From positions 73,209 to 137,208 of the forward strand of contig DATIIB010000006.1 in NCBI GenBank assembly GCA_035480055.1: a stretch of DNA of 64,000 nucleotides, given 5' to 3'. Shown here piece after piece: positions 27,722 through 36,279 of the stretch (position 1 is its first letter; the number at the start of each line of letters is the position of its first letter). Origin of the DNA: Candidatus Saccharimonadales bacterium. Lineage in GTDB: Bacteria > Patescibacteriota > Saccharimonadia > Saccharimonadales > DASZAF01. A model generated the notes under the pieces. That model did not search any database, was not told where the DNA came from, and saw only the letters and a list, made by a program, of their open reading frames with translations. Both the position numbers and the translations under genes were made by a program.

Positions 27722-28513
27722 ATGACAGAGACCAAAAAATCACTTGGCCAACATTGGTTGCATGACGAAACCGCGTTACTTGCCGTGGCCGATGCTGCCG
27801 AAGTCGGTCCCGACGACACGGTGCTGGAGGTTGGCCCCGGACTTGGGACGCTCACCAATGTGTTGGTCCAGCGCGCTCATAAGGTAGTCGCTGTGGAGTT
27901 TGATACCGACCTGGCGCGCGATCTTTCGTCGCGAGTGCTTGCCGACAATTTGGAGGTGATTCACCAGGACATTCTGGCTTTTGATCTCTCCAAACTGCCG
28001 CGTGATTATAAGGTGGCGGCCAACATTCCGTACTATCTCACCTCTAAACTGGTGCGCTTGCTTTTGGAATCGCCAAAACCACCAGCCATGACCGCGCTAT
28101 TGGTTCAGAAGGAAGTTGCCGAACGCATGGCCGCTCAACCTGGCGCGCTGTCTATTCTGGGGATTAGCGTGCAGTTTTACTGCGAAGCTACTCTTCGCGA
28201 AATGGTTCCGGCCAAGCTTTTTACACCGCCGCCAGAAGTGGATTCGCAAATCATCCAACTGGTCCGACGGTCGCATCCGTTGTTTACCGATGTCACGCCG
28301 CAGCAGTATTTCCGCATCGTCCGGGCCGGCTTTAGCGAAAAGCGCAAAAAGCTCCGCAGCAGCCTCAGCGGCGGATTGCACCTTTCAAAAGAAGCGGCAG
28401 ATGCTTGGTTGGCCACGGCTCAAATCAGTCCTGAAGCCAGGGCGCAAGAGCTTTCCTTGGAAGATTGGCATCGGCTGGTTACGGCTTTTGACCGTATATC
28501 GCCGGATTTATAA
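27722..28513 (+). CDS. rsmA: 16S rRNA (adenine1518/1519-N6)-dimethyltransferase
   Basis: The motifs KKSLGQHWL, VLEVGPGLGTLT and ANIPYYLTS are present. Confidence 0.93.
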   Translation: MTETKKSLGQHWLHDETALLAVADAAEVGPDDTVLEVGPGLGTLTNVLVQRAHKVVAVEFDTDLARDLSSRVLADNLEVIHQDILAFDLSKLPRDYKVAANIPYYLTSKLVRLLLESPKPPAMTALLVQKEVAERMAAQPGALSILGISVQFYCEATLREMVPAKLFTPPPEVDSQIIQLVRRSHPLFTDVTPQQYFRIVRAGFSEKRKKLRSSLSGGLHLSKEAADAWLATAQISPEARAQELSLEDWHRLVTAFDRISPDL

Positions 28514-29641
28514 TCTCGCAGTAATTAAAGAACTGATTATTGGGAAACCATTTGTCCGTAACAAAACGGTTGTGTCATGCTCGATATGCTGCGCAAAATC
28601 GGGCATGCTTGCCAGAAAAGTATCCAGATTGGCGGCTGTAATGGTATCAGCCTTGAGGCCAAAACCATGTTGCTGGAGAACCTCGGCGTTCATTTGTTGC
28701 TCGTACAGAGCTAACGGCAGCGCATATACCGGTATGCCTAAATACATTGCTTCGGAAAGAAGAGTGTGGCCAGCGGTACTGATAATTCCCGCGCAGTCTC
28801 TCAGGATTGGCCCAAATTCGCGCGCTCCATGCGCGTAGAAAATGACGTTAGCGGGTTGCTTAAGAGGAAGGTTCTGAGATGCGGGTGCAAAAACGTGGAA
28901 TGTGTAACCCTTTTTGTGGCCGAGGATAGGCATAATTTGGGCGAGCGATTGCGTGAAGCCAGATTGCGCACTTTGGTACACCAAAATACTTTTGGGATTT
29001 GGCTGGCGCTTAGCTTTGCTGCGCACAAGCTCGTGGCGCAATACCGGCGGTACGATCGTTACGTCCATGCCGCCTGCGCGCTGCGGTACAGTAAAAAATG
29101 AGCAGGCGATGCGACAATCGGCGAGAGGAAAGAACATTCGTAGCCGCATGACTTCGTCAGCGAAACCGGTGCCAGCAAGAACCTTGGGAAACTCGCCGCT
29201 GAGATATTTGCTTTGTTGGTCAATGGTGACAAGCGGGGCGCCAAACGCGTAGGCGTACTGCGCGCAGACGGGCTCGTAATCGGTGATCACCAGGTCGGGT
29301 TTGCCGATAAGCTGATTGGCTTGATGCATAGCTCGGGCGTTTTCGGCAACGTAGTTTTTGTGGGCAGCCTCGCGGTGACGTGCGGTGGCGGCAAAGTCCA
29401 GGCCAAACCAATAGCGCTTGCCGGCGACGATAAATTCAAAGGCATGACCGATATGTTCGCTTGTAATTCGCTTTACCGTAGTTTCGACACCCAAAGTGTC
29501 CAGGGCCTGCATAAAGGATGGCAGGTGATGATTGTGAGTGTACAAATCACAGGTGCCCGAGGCCAGCAGTCCGTCGACCACGTAGTCATCTGGCAAACCT
29601 ATACTTTTTCTTAGGGCAGCGGCGGTAAGAGTGGTGTACAT
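28508..29641 (-). CDS. glycosyltransferase (GT28/MurG-like C-terminal half; atypical N-terminal half)
   Basis: The C-terminal pattern is AGIISTAGHTLLSEAMYLGIPVYALPLALYEQQMNAEVL. The N-terminal roughly 100 aa lack the usual Gly-rich loop. Confidence 0.6.
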   Translation of the reverse strand: MYTTLTAAALRKSIGLPDDYVVDGLLASGTCDLYTHNHHLPSFMQALDTLGVETTVKRITSEHIGHAFEFIVAGKRYWFGLDFAATARHREAAHKNYVAENARAMHQANQLIGKPDLVITDYEPVCAQYAYAFGAPLVTIDQQSKYLSGEFPKVLAGTGFADEVMRLRMFFPLADCRIACSFFTVPQRAGGMDVTIVPPVLRHELVRSKAKRQPNPKSILVYQSAQSGFTQSLAQIMPILGHKKGYTFHVFAPASQNLPLKQPANVIFYAHGAREFGPILRDCAGIISTAGHTLLSEAMYLGIPVYALPLALYEQQMNAEVLQQHGFGLKADTITAANLDTFLASMPDFAQHIEHDTTVLLRTNGFPIISSLITARL

Positions 29642-29694
29642 TTTTTAACAGTACCAAGAAAGTGCGCCGCCAGGAGGAAACTTGATTTTACAAA

Positions 29695-29724
29695 TTGTGT
29701 AATCTGTTACGTTTATGGTATAAT
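29695..29724 (+). promoter_or_regulatory. promoter TTGTGT-18nt-TGGTATAAT (extended -10)
   Basis: TGG+TATAAT lies at 29716-29724. The next ATG (29734) is 9 nt downstream. Confidence 0.55.
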
Positions 29725-29733
29725 ATAAAAACT

Positions 29734-29808
29734 ATGACCAACAGTGCTCACCAATCTTCGACTCTTGATCGCGTCTTGGCGATGTTGTTCATGGCGCCCC
29801 GCGCCTAA
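29734..29808 (+). other. candidate leaderless upstream ORF (24 codons, MTNSAHQSSTLDRVLAMLFMAPRA) in the metG leader
   Basis: The ATG lies 9 nt after a TATAAT box. Its last codons overlap the hairpin GGCGC-CCC-GCGCC (29793-29805), which is followed by TAAATCTTTGTCT. metG begins 55 nt downstream. Confidence 0.3.
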
Positions 29809-29862
29809 ATCTTTGTCTCATCAGTTAGAACTTGATATCATCGTTGAAGAGGAACGTAACCT

Positions 29863-31323
29863 ATGAATACATTTTATGTGACTACCGCTATTCCATATGC
29901 CACCACGCCGCCCCATATTGGGAACGCGCTGGACTACATTCTGGCCGATAGCCTGAGTCGTTACCATCAAAAACAAAAAGACGCCGTCTACTTTAGTACC
30001 GGTGCGGACGAACATGGCCAAAAAGTTGCCCAAAAAGCGGCTGATGCCAACATTACGCCTCAAAAGTACACCGATGCCATGGACGTGATCTTTAAACAGT
30101 TTGCCAAAACACTTGGCGTTGAGTATAGCTACTGGCTGCGAACCACTGAACCCAAGCACATCAAAGGTGCGCAGGCTTTGTGGAAACAGCTTGAACCCTA
30201 CATTTACAAAAAACAATATACCGGCTTGTACTGTGTCGGCTGCGAACGCTTTGTGACCGAAAAAGAAGCCAGGGCCGAAAAAGGCATCTGCCCTGATCAC
30301 AAAAAAGCCTACACGACTATTAGCGAAGAAAACTACTTCTTTAAACTTTCTGACTTTGGCGACAAGATTAAAGAAGCGCTCGAGAGCGGCACCTTTAAGA
30401 TCGTGCCAGAAACCCGCCGTAACGAAGTCATCTCGCTGATCAACGACGGTTTGGAAGACATCAGCATTAGCCGAGATGCCAGCCGTATGAGCTGGGGCAT
30501 TCCTGTGCCAGGCGATAAGACACATGTCATGTATGTGTGGTTTGAGGCGCTGATGAACTACATCACCACTCTTGATTATCCAAATGGCGAAAACTTTAAA
30601 ACCTTTTGGCCAGCTGATGTGCAAATAATTGGCAAAGATATCATTCGGTTCCACGCGGTGATTTGGCCAGCCATGCTGCTTGCGATGAACCTTCCTTTGC
30701 CGCGGCAACTCTTTGTGCATGGTCACATTCAGGCTGGCAATCAAAAAATGAGCAAAACCATTGGTAATGTGATTGAGCCTAAGCAGATTGTAGAAAGCTA
30801 TGGCCTCGACGCCTTTCGCTACTTCTTTTTGCGGCACATTCCCAGCCAAGAGGACGGGGATTTTACCTGGGAGAAGTTTGAAGCTGCGTATAACAATGAG
30901 CTAGGCAACGAACTTGGAAACCTGGTGCAACGATTGGCGGCAATGATCAATCGGTATCAAGATGGCGTCATCGGCACCATTCCTGGTCCCGAGCACGACA
31001 TTGCTCCTTACAACGATGCCATGACTGCGCTGCGCATCGATCAAGCCCTTGACTATGTCTGGACGCTGATTCGTGGCCTTAACCAATACTTAGAAGAAGA
31101 AAAGCCTTGGGAAATTGCCAAGCAGCAAGACCCTGAGCATTTGCAAGAAGTGTTGGCGTATGGAGTGAGTTCGCTTATGCAAATTGCTGATTTGCTGAGT
31201 CCATTTTTGCCCGGCACCAGCAAGGTCATTACCGAGATTTTCGAAAAAGGTCTGGTAAAGCAATACCACGGCGTGCTCTTCCCACGCATTTACAACTACT
31301 CTGAGGCTCCGACCAAGAGGTAG
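29863..31323 (+). CDS. metG: methionine--tRNA ligase (minimal form, no C-terminal tRNA-binding domain)
   Basis: The HIGH-type motif is PPHIGNALDY. The KMSKS motif is QKMSKTIGN. There is a single Cys knuckle, CVGCERF...CPDH. Confidence 0.93.
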   Translation: MNTFYVTTAIPYATTPPHIGNALDYILADSLSRYHQKQKDAVYFSTGADEHGQKVAQKAADANITPQKYTDAMDVIFKQFAKTLGVEYSYWLRTTEPKHIKGAQALWKQLEPYIYKKQYTGLYCVGCERFVTEKEARAEKGICPDHKKAYTTISEENYFFKLSDFGDKIKEALESGTFKIVPETRRNEVISLINDGLEDISISRDASRMSWGIPVPGDKTHVMYVWFEALMNYITTLDYPNGENFKTFWPADVQIIGKDIIRFHAVIWPAMLLAMNLPLPRQLFVHGHIQAGNQKMSKTIGNVIEPKQIVESYGLDAFRYFFLRHIPSQEDGDFTWEKFEAAYNNELGNELGNLVQRLAAMINRYQDGVIGTIPGPEHDIAPYNDAMTALRIDQALDYVWTLIRGLNQYLEEEKPWEIAKQQDPEHLQEVLAYGVSSLMQIADLLSPFLPGTSKVITEIFEKGLVKQYHGVLFPRIYNYSEAPTKR

Positions 31324-31325
31324 CT

Positions 31326-32108
31326 ATGCAGTTGGTCGATACCCACTGCCATATCCATTCGGTTGATTATCCTCTCGATCCTGAAGCAGTGATCGCGCGT
31401 GCTCATGCAGCTGGCGTGACTCGTTTGCTCTGTGTGGGCACGACGGCCGAGGACAGCGAACGTGCGGTTGCTTTTGCGGCTGCGCACAAAAATTGTTGGG
31501 CAACGGTGGGGTTGCATCCGCATGATGCCAAAGCAGGAGAGCGGGTGTTTGCACAGATGGAGGCCATCTTTACCTCTGTACCGGGCGGCGGATCAAAGCA
31601 AAAAATTGTGGCCATTGGCGAATGCGGCCTCGACTACTTTTACGGTCACTCCTCCAAAGAGGATCAAGAAAAGGCGCTGCGGTTCCAAATTGAACTGGCC
31701 CAGCGACACAATTTGCCAATGATCTTTCATGTTCGCGAAGCATTTGACGATTTTTGGCCAATCTTTGATAGCTACCAACATATTCGTGGCGTGCTCCATA
31801 GTTTTACCGATTCTGCCAAAAACCTTGACATGGCGCTTGCGAGGGGTTTATATATCGGCGTGAATGGCATCGCGACCTTCACTAAGAACGAGTGGCAGCA
31901 GCAGGTGTACAAGCAAATCCCTCTCGAGAGGATGTTACTGGAAACAGACGCACCATTCTTGACACCGGTACCACTCCGTGGTAAAGTGAACCAGTCAGCG
32001 TATCTTTCGCATGTGGGTAAGTTTATGTCTGTGCTTTGTGAAAAGCCAGAAGATCTGCTTGCTGCGCAAACGACGGATAACGCCATCACTTTATTTAACC
32101 TCCAATAA
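31326..32108 (+). CDS. TatD family metal-dependent hydrolase
   Basis: The motifs VDTHCHI, IGECGLDY and LLETDAPFL are present. Confidence 0.9.
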   Translation: MQLVDTHCHIHSVDYPLDPEAVIARAHAAGVTRLLCVGTTAEDSERAVAFAAAHKNCWATVGLHPHDAKAGERVFAQMEAIFTSVPGGGSKQKIVAIGECGLDYFYGHSSKEDQEKALRFQIELAQRHNLPMIFHVREAFDDFWPIFDSYQHIRGVLHSFTDSAKNLDMALARGLYIGVNGIATFTKNEWQQQVYKQIPLERMLLETDAPFLTPVPLRGKVNQSAYLSHVGKFMSVLCEKPEDLLAAQTTDNAITLFNLQ

Positions 32109-32111
32109 ATT

Positions 32112-32558
32112 ATGCTCAAAGGTTTCCACAAATCACCAGCTGGAACTGCCGACGACGGCAGCGGCGAGACTCTTGCTCCTCGCTCAGTTCCTGTTGAAGG
32201 AATGCAGGCCAACATGGGTGGTCAACCAATTTCCTATGCGGATACTCTGGAGAGTGCCTTTTCTGGTCTTAACTACGACACAGAGCCTCTTAACCCGGCT
32301 GCTGAACGTGTGCGGGCCGAACAAGCTGCAGCGCCAGCTCAACCCGACCATCGTCCAGGCACCGTACATCCTTTGCGCACCGAGGTTGGCATGGTTCAAG
32401 AAGGCATTGATGAGCATCTCTCGCCAGAAGTCCGCGCGTTTAACGATAGCTGTCGCGCACAGCTTGATTGGATCGGCGAGGCTGTCCAAGGCCAACGCAC
32501 GTATCATTTAGCTAAAGATAAAAACGGAGGCACCCAAGACTATGCTCTTGCGGCATAA
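32112..32558 (+). CDS. hypothetical protein
   Basis: 148-aa ORF starting 3 nt after the tatD stop. No recognisable motif was found. Confidence 0.5.
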   Translation: MLKGFHKSPAGTADDGSGETLAPRSVPVEGMQANMGGQPISYADTLESAFSGLNYDTEPLNPAAERVRAEQAAAPAQPDHRPGTVHPLRTEVGMVQEGIDEHLSPEVRAFNDSCRAQLDWIGEAVQGQRTYHLAKDKNGGTQDYALAA

Positions 32559-32961
32559 CAAAGACCGGCGTTTTACCCAGAAGCTGCTCAAGCTGGCAAT
32601 GGGTACCTCTCCATCGCAGTTACGACGCGGCGTTTCCGAACGCGAGCTGATCTCTGAAGAATCTAAAATCGGTCGTCAATTGTTTGGCCCAGTCCCTCGT
32701 GGGCATTCGCGGGAATTCTTTTGCCTGGATAAAAACACCTGGATCTGGCACGAAAGTTGGACCGATCCACGTAATGGTCGTCGATCGGAATGCACCACTC
32801 GCTATGAAATCCATCCGCACTGCGTGCTCAAGATTCAAGACGGCCAACCTTACAAAGAGGTAACCGGCCAAGAGCTCTACAACCTGACGCTAGCCTGTCG
32901 CCAATACCTGCTGCGTACCGCAAGCGAAGTCTATGGCCACACCGTGCCACAAGGCGTCTAA
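32542..32961 (+). CDS. hypothetical protein
   Basis: 139-aa ORF. GGAGG lies 11 nt upstream of the ATG. It overlaps the previous ORF by 17 nt and contains the segment REFFCLDKNTWIWHESWTD. Confidence 0.55.
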   Translation: MLLRHNKDRRFTQKLLKLAMGTSPSQLRRGVSERELISEESKIGRQLFGPVPRGHSREFFCLDKNTWIWHESWTDPRNGRRSECTTRYEIHPHCVLKIQDGQPYKEVTGQELYNLTLACRQYLLRTASEVYGHTVPQGV

Positions 32962-32981
32962 TCCCAGCATTCACTGCTACA

Positions 32982-34142
32982 ATGGTAAGCGTGGAAACCC
33001 CAATTTATCTTGATTACGCCGCAGCCACACCTCTGGACGATGAGGTGTTTGCTGCCATGCAGCCATATTTTGCTACTCAATTTTATAATCCATCGAGCAG
33101 TTATTTGGCGGCACGAAAAGTGCATGACGATCTGGAAAAAGCTCGTGCTACCGTAGCTCAGCAGCTGGGTGCAAAGCCAGCGGAGATCGTGTTTACTGCC
33201 GGCGCGACTGAAGCCAATAATCTGGCCGTCCACGGCGTGATGCAGCGCTATCCTGGCGCAAACTTATTAGTGGCGAGTACTGAGCACGAAGCAACTTTGG
33301 CACCAGCGCGACAATATGTGCACGAACTCATTCCAGTGACGCCAAAGGGCGTTGTCGATATGGTGCTTCTTGAGAATTTAATTGACGAGCGCACCGTTTT
33401 GGTAAGTGTGGGCTATGCCAACAACGAAATTGGCACCATTCAGCCGCTTCGCCACATTGCTGACCTCTTGGCCCGCGTACGAGAAACCCGGCGCCAAGCT
33501 GGCAATGACTTGCCGCTCTTTTTGCATTCCGATGCTGCGCAAGCTGCGCCATATTTGGACATGCACGCGTCGCGGTTGGGCGTGGATCTGATGACCATTA
33601 ATGGTGGCAAAATGTATGGCCCAAAGCAAGTCGGCGCCTTGTTCATTAGCGCCAAAGTGGTCTTGCAACCCCAGATTAGCGGCGGCCAGCAAGAACGAGG
33701 CCTGCGCAGCGGGACCGAAAACGTGGCAGGGGTGATTGGTTTGGCTACCGCCTTTGCGAAGGTTCAAAAAAGCCGCAAAGATACCGTTCATCGTGAACAA
33801 CAGTTGCGCGATCTCCTGCTTGCAGAACTGACCAAGGTTTTTCCGGACCTCATCGTTAATGGCGACCGCAAGCGACGGCTTCCTAATAACCTCAATGTTT
33901 CCTTTCCAGGTCTTGATGGCGAACGGATTTTGATGGCGGCCGATGAGCGCGGTCTGCAAATTGCCACCGGTGCGGCTTGTAGCGCAAATCACCAAACCGG
34001 CTCGCACGTGCTCAGCGCAATCGGGTGCCAGCCACACGTGGCGAATGGGAGCATCCGTATCACCCTAGGCGCCCAGACTACCGAAGAAGAAATCCGCCAG
34101 GCTGCGACAATCCTGACAGAGGTAGTCAGGAGTATGCGCTAA
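32982..34142 (+). CDS. cysteine desulfurase (class V aminotransferase, NifS/IscS-like)
   Basis: The motifs IYLDYAAATP, HSDAAQA, NGGKMYGPKQVGAL (PLP lysine) and ATGAACSA (active-site Cys) are present. Confidence 0.9.
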   Translation: MVSVETPIYLDYAAATPLDDEVFAAMQPYFATQFYNPSSSYLAARKVHDDLEKARATVAQQLGAKPAEIVFTAGATEANNLAVHGVMQRYPGANLLVASTEHEATLAPARQYVHELIPVTPKGVVDMVLLENLIDERTVLVSVGYANNEIGTIQPLRHIADLLARVRETRRQAGNDLPLFLHSDAAQAAPYLDMHASRLGVDLMTINGGKMYGPKQVGALFISAKVVLQPQISGGQQERGLRSGTENVAGVIGLATAFAKVQKSRKDTVHREQQLRDLLLAELTKVFPDLIVNGDRKRRLPNNLNVSFPGLDGERILMAADERGLQIATGAACSANHQTGSHVLSAIGCQPHVANGSIRITLGAQTTEEEIRQAATILTEVVRSMR

Positions 34143-34756
34143 TGGCCACGCTCTTTTTTGGACTCCTCAAAAAACTATTCCTTCTTGCCCTTTTGGTGGG
34201 AATTATTTTGTTTGGACTGATCGTGGCCATCCCGCAATGGCTTGGCCCCAGCGGACAACTACAAAAAGCTGATGCAATTGTGGCCATCAGTGGCGGCGAC
34301 ACCCAAGCCAGAACCAACGAAGCGATTCGTTTACAAAAAGAAGGGTGGGCTGATAACCTGATCTTTTCTGGCGCCGCAAAAGATCCCAACAGCCCTTCGA
34401 ATGCTGAAGTCATGCGCCGCGGGGCGATTGCCGCCGGTGTTGCGCCAACCTCGATCGATATTGAGGAACTGGCCACCAATACCATCGGCAATGCGACAGG
34501 CACGGCCAAGATCATCAACGAGCGCCATTACAAAAAGATAATTCTGGTCACTTCCAAGTATCACCAACGTCGTGCCGGCATGGAATTTCAGCGTCTGCTA
34601 GAGAGCAATGTGCTGATTATCAATCACCCTGCACCGCACGACCGTAATTGGCCAGCCAAAAGTTGGTGGCTGCACCCAAGCAGTTTGTTTTTGGGCATTG
34701 TAGAAACGGTCAAGACCACCTATGTGTGGGTAAATTATAGGGTGCACGGCGTATGA
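34142..34756 (+). CDS. YdcF/ElyC (DUF218) family membrane-anchored protein
   Basis: The start is placed at MATLFFGLL (ATG 34142, a TAATG overlap with the upstream stop). The segments ADAIVAISGGD and ILVTSKYHQRRA are present. Confidence 0.75.
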   Translation: MATLFFGLLKKLFLLALLVGIILFGLIVAIPQWLGPSGQLQKADAIVAISGGDTQARTNEAIRLQKEGWADNLIFSGAAKDPNSPSNAEVMRRGAIAAGVAPTSIDIEELATNTIGNATGTAKIINERHYKKIILVTSKYHQRRAGMEFQRLLESNVLIINHPAPHDRNWPAKSWWLHPSSLFLGIVETVKTTYVWVNYRVHGV

Positions 34757-35820
34757 GTCGGGTGTACGTGGGCATGAGTGGCGGCGTGGACAGCTCGGTG
34801 ACGGCGGCGCTGCTGAAAGCTGAAGGCCACGAGGTGATCGGCGTCTACATGAAAAACTGGACGCAGGATCTACCCGGCATGAAGTGTCCATGGGCAGAGG
34901 ATTTAGCCGACGCCAAACGCGTGGCAGTGCAGCTTGGCATCGATTTTAAGGTCTTTGATTTTCAGGAAGAATATCGCCAAAAAGTAGTGGATTATATGAT
35001 CCGCGAGTACCAGGCTGGGCGAACTCCCAATCCGGATATTATGTGTAACCAAGAGATTAAGTTCAAACTCTTTTTGGAAACAGCGCTAGAAGACGGCGCG
35101 GAACTGATTGCGACCGGGCACTATGCAAGAGTGCGACGTATGCACGAACAGCCTGCGGTTCACGCGTCTTTACTGATGGGTCTGGACCAAAACAAAGATC
35201 AGACTTACTTTCTGTACCGCGTGACCGAAGAAGCGCTCGCACACACTCTTTTCCCGGTCGGCGAATTAACCAAGCCAGAGGTTCGAGCCAAGGCTGCAGC
35301 GTTTGGCTTGGTAACGGCCGCCAAAAAAGATTCCCAAGGTATTTGCTTTGTGGGCGAGATCGGCATCAAAGAATTTCTGCAGCAATATGTAGCCGGTGAA
35401 CCAGGTCAAATTATCGACAAAAAAACCGGCCAGCACATCGGCCAGCACGAAGGCGCGATTTTTTATACCCTTGGCCAACGTCATGGACTAGGCGTCGGCG
35501 GCGGACTGCCGTATTACGTGGTGGGCAAAGATATGGCCAAAAATGTGGTGTATGTTACCACTGATTTAAACGATGAAACGCTGTGGCGATCCACACTCAC
35601 TTTGCGCCAGCTCCATTGGATCAATGAACCGCCGCAAGAGAACCTTGCCTATCAGGTGCGGACTCGGTACCGCGCGAAGTTAATTGAATGTCGCGTTCAC
35701 TTTGAAGATGATGATCGCCTGACGCTCGACCTTAAAGATCCTGAGCGCGCCATCACGCCTGGCCAGTCGGCGGTGCTTTACCTCGGAGAAACGGTCATTG
35801 GCGGCGGGATAGTCGAATAA
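34753..35820 (+). CDS. mnmA: tRNA 2-thiouridine(34) synthase
   Basis: The PP-loop is VGMSGGVDSSV. The segments CNQEIKF and DSQGICFVG are also present. Confidence 0.93.
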   Translation: MSRVYVGMSGGVDSSVTAALLKAEGHEVIGVYMKNWTQDLPGMKCPWAEDLADAKRVAVQLGIDFKVFDFQEEYRQKVVDYMIREYQAGRTPNPDIMCNQEIKFKLFLETALEDGAELIATGHYARVRRMHEQPAVHASLLMGLDQNKDQTYFLYRVTEEALAHTLFPVGELTKPEVRAKAAAFGLVTAAKKDSQGICFVGEIGIKEFLQQYVAGEPGQIIDKKTGQHIGQHEGAIFYTLGQRHGLGVGGGLPYYVVGKDMAKNVVYVTTDLNDETLWRSTLTLRQLHWINEPPQENLAYQVRTRYRAKLIECRVHFEDDDRLTLDLKDPERAITPGQSAVLYLGETVIGGGIVE

Positions 35821-35893
35821 CTATTATGCACTCGTTTCTGGCATTTAGTGCTATACTGCTCATATCGTAGCTAATAGTTAGAAGGGGGAAACC

Positions 35894-36181
35894 ATGGGTT
35901 TATTCGGCCACGACGACGACAAAAAACCAGAGGAACAAGGAGCAGCTGACAGCGGTCAGACTCCAACGAGCGACACACCAGCTGCCCCGCAGACTGGCGG
36001 TAGCGACGACCAATGGGCGACGCCTCCAAGTGACGCACCAACGCCTCCAGCAGACACGCAGCCACCAGTAGAAGGCGACGACACTCCAGCTCCAGAAGCT
36101 GGTGAGGGCGACACCCCTGCCGAAGGTGGTGACGACCAAGGCGACGACGAGCAAATGCCTCCCGCCGCTCCTCAACAGTAG
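35894..36181 (+). CDS. small acidic Pro/Asp/Thr-rich protein (hypothetical, likely disordered)
   Basis: 95-aa ORF preceded by GAAGGGGGA. A terminator hairpin follows it. Confidence 0.5.
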   Translation: MGLFGHDDDKKPEEQGAADSGQTPTSDTPAAPQTGGSDDQWATPPSDAPTPPADTQPPVEGDDTPAPEAGEGDTPAEGGDDQGDDEQMPPAAPQQ

Positions 36182-36209
36182 ACGCTTACTATAAGCATCT
36201 ACACTTTCA

Positions 36210-36230
36210 ACTGGCTCTCGGGCCAGTTTT
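36210..36230 (+). terminator. intrinsic terminator
   Basis: The sequence ACTGGC(T)-CTCG-(G)GCCAGTTTT has a 6-bp stem and a T-tract. Confidence 0.6.
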
Positions 36231-36259
36231 AAGTGTCACTACTGTGAGCAAAAATAATC

Positions 36260-36268
36260 TGGTATAAT
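36260..36268 (+). promoter_or_regulatory. extended -10 promoter TGGTATAAT for alaS
   Basis: TATAAT lies at 36263-36268. The alaS ATG at 36280 follows 11 nt later with no SD. Confidence 0.55.
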
Positions 36269-36279
36269 CGACCTCAGTT

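Noticed and set aside
28116-28838. 240-aa plus-strand ORF spanning the rsmA 3' end and the glycosyltransferase
   Set aside because: It is out of frame with rsmA and antisense to the glycosyltransferase. It has an Arg/Ser/Cys-rich composition typical of noise.
29821-30849. 342-aa ORF antisense to metG
   Set aside because: It lies entirely inside the well-supported metG gene on the opposite strand. Its sequence is low-information and typical of a shadow ORF created by sense-strand codon bias.
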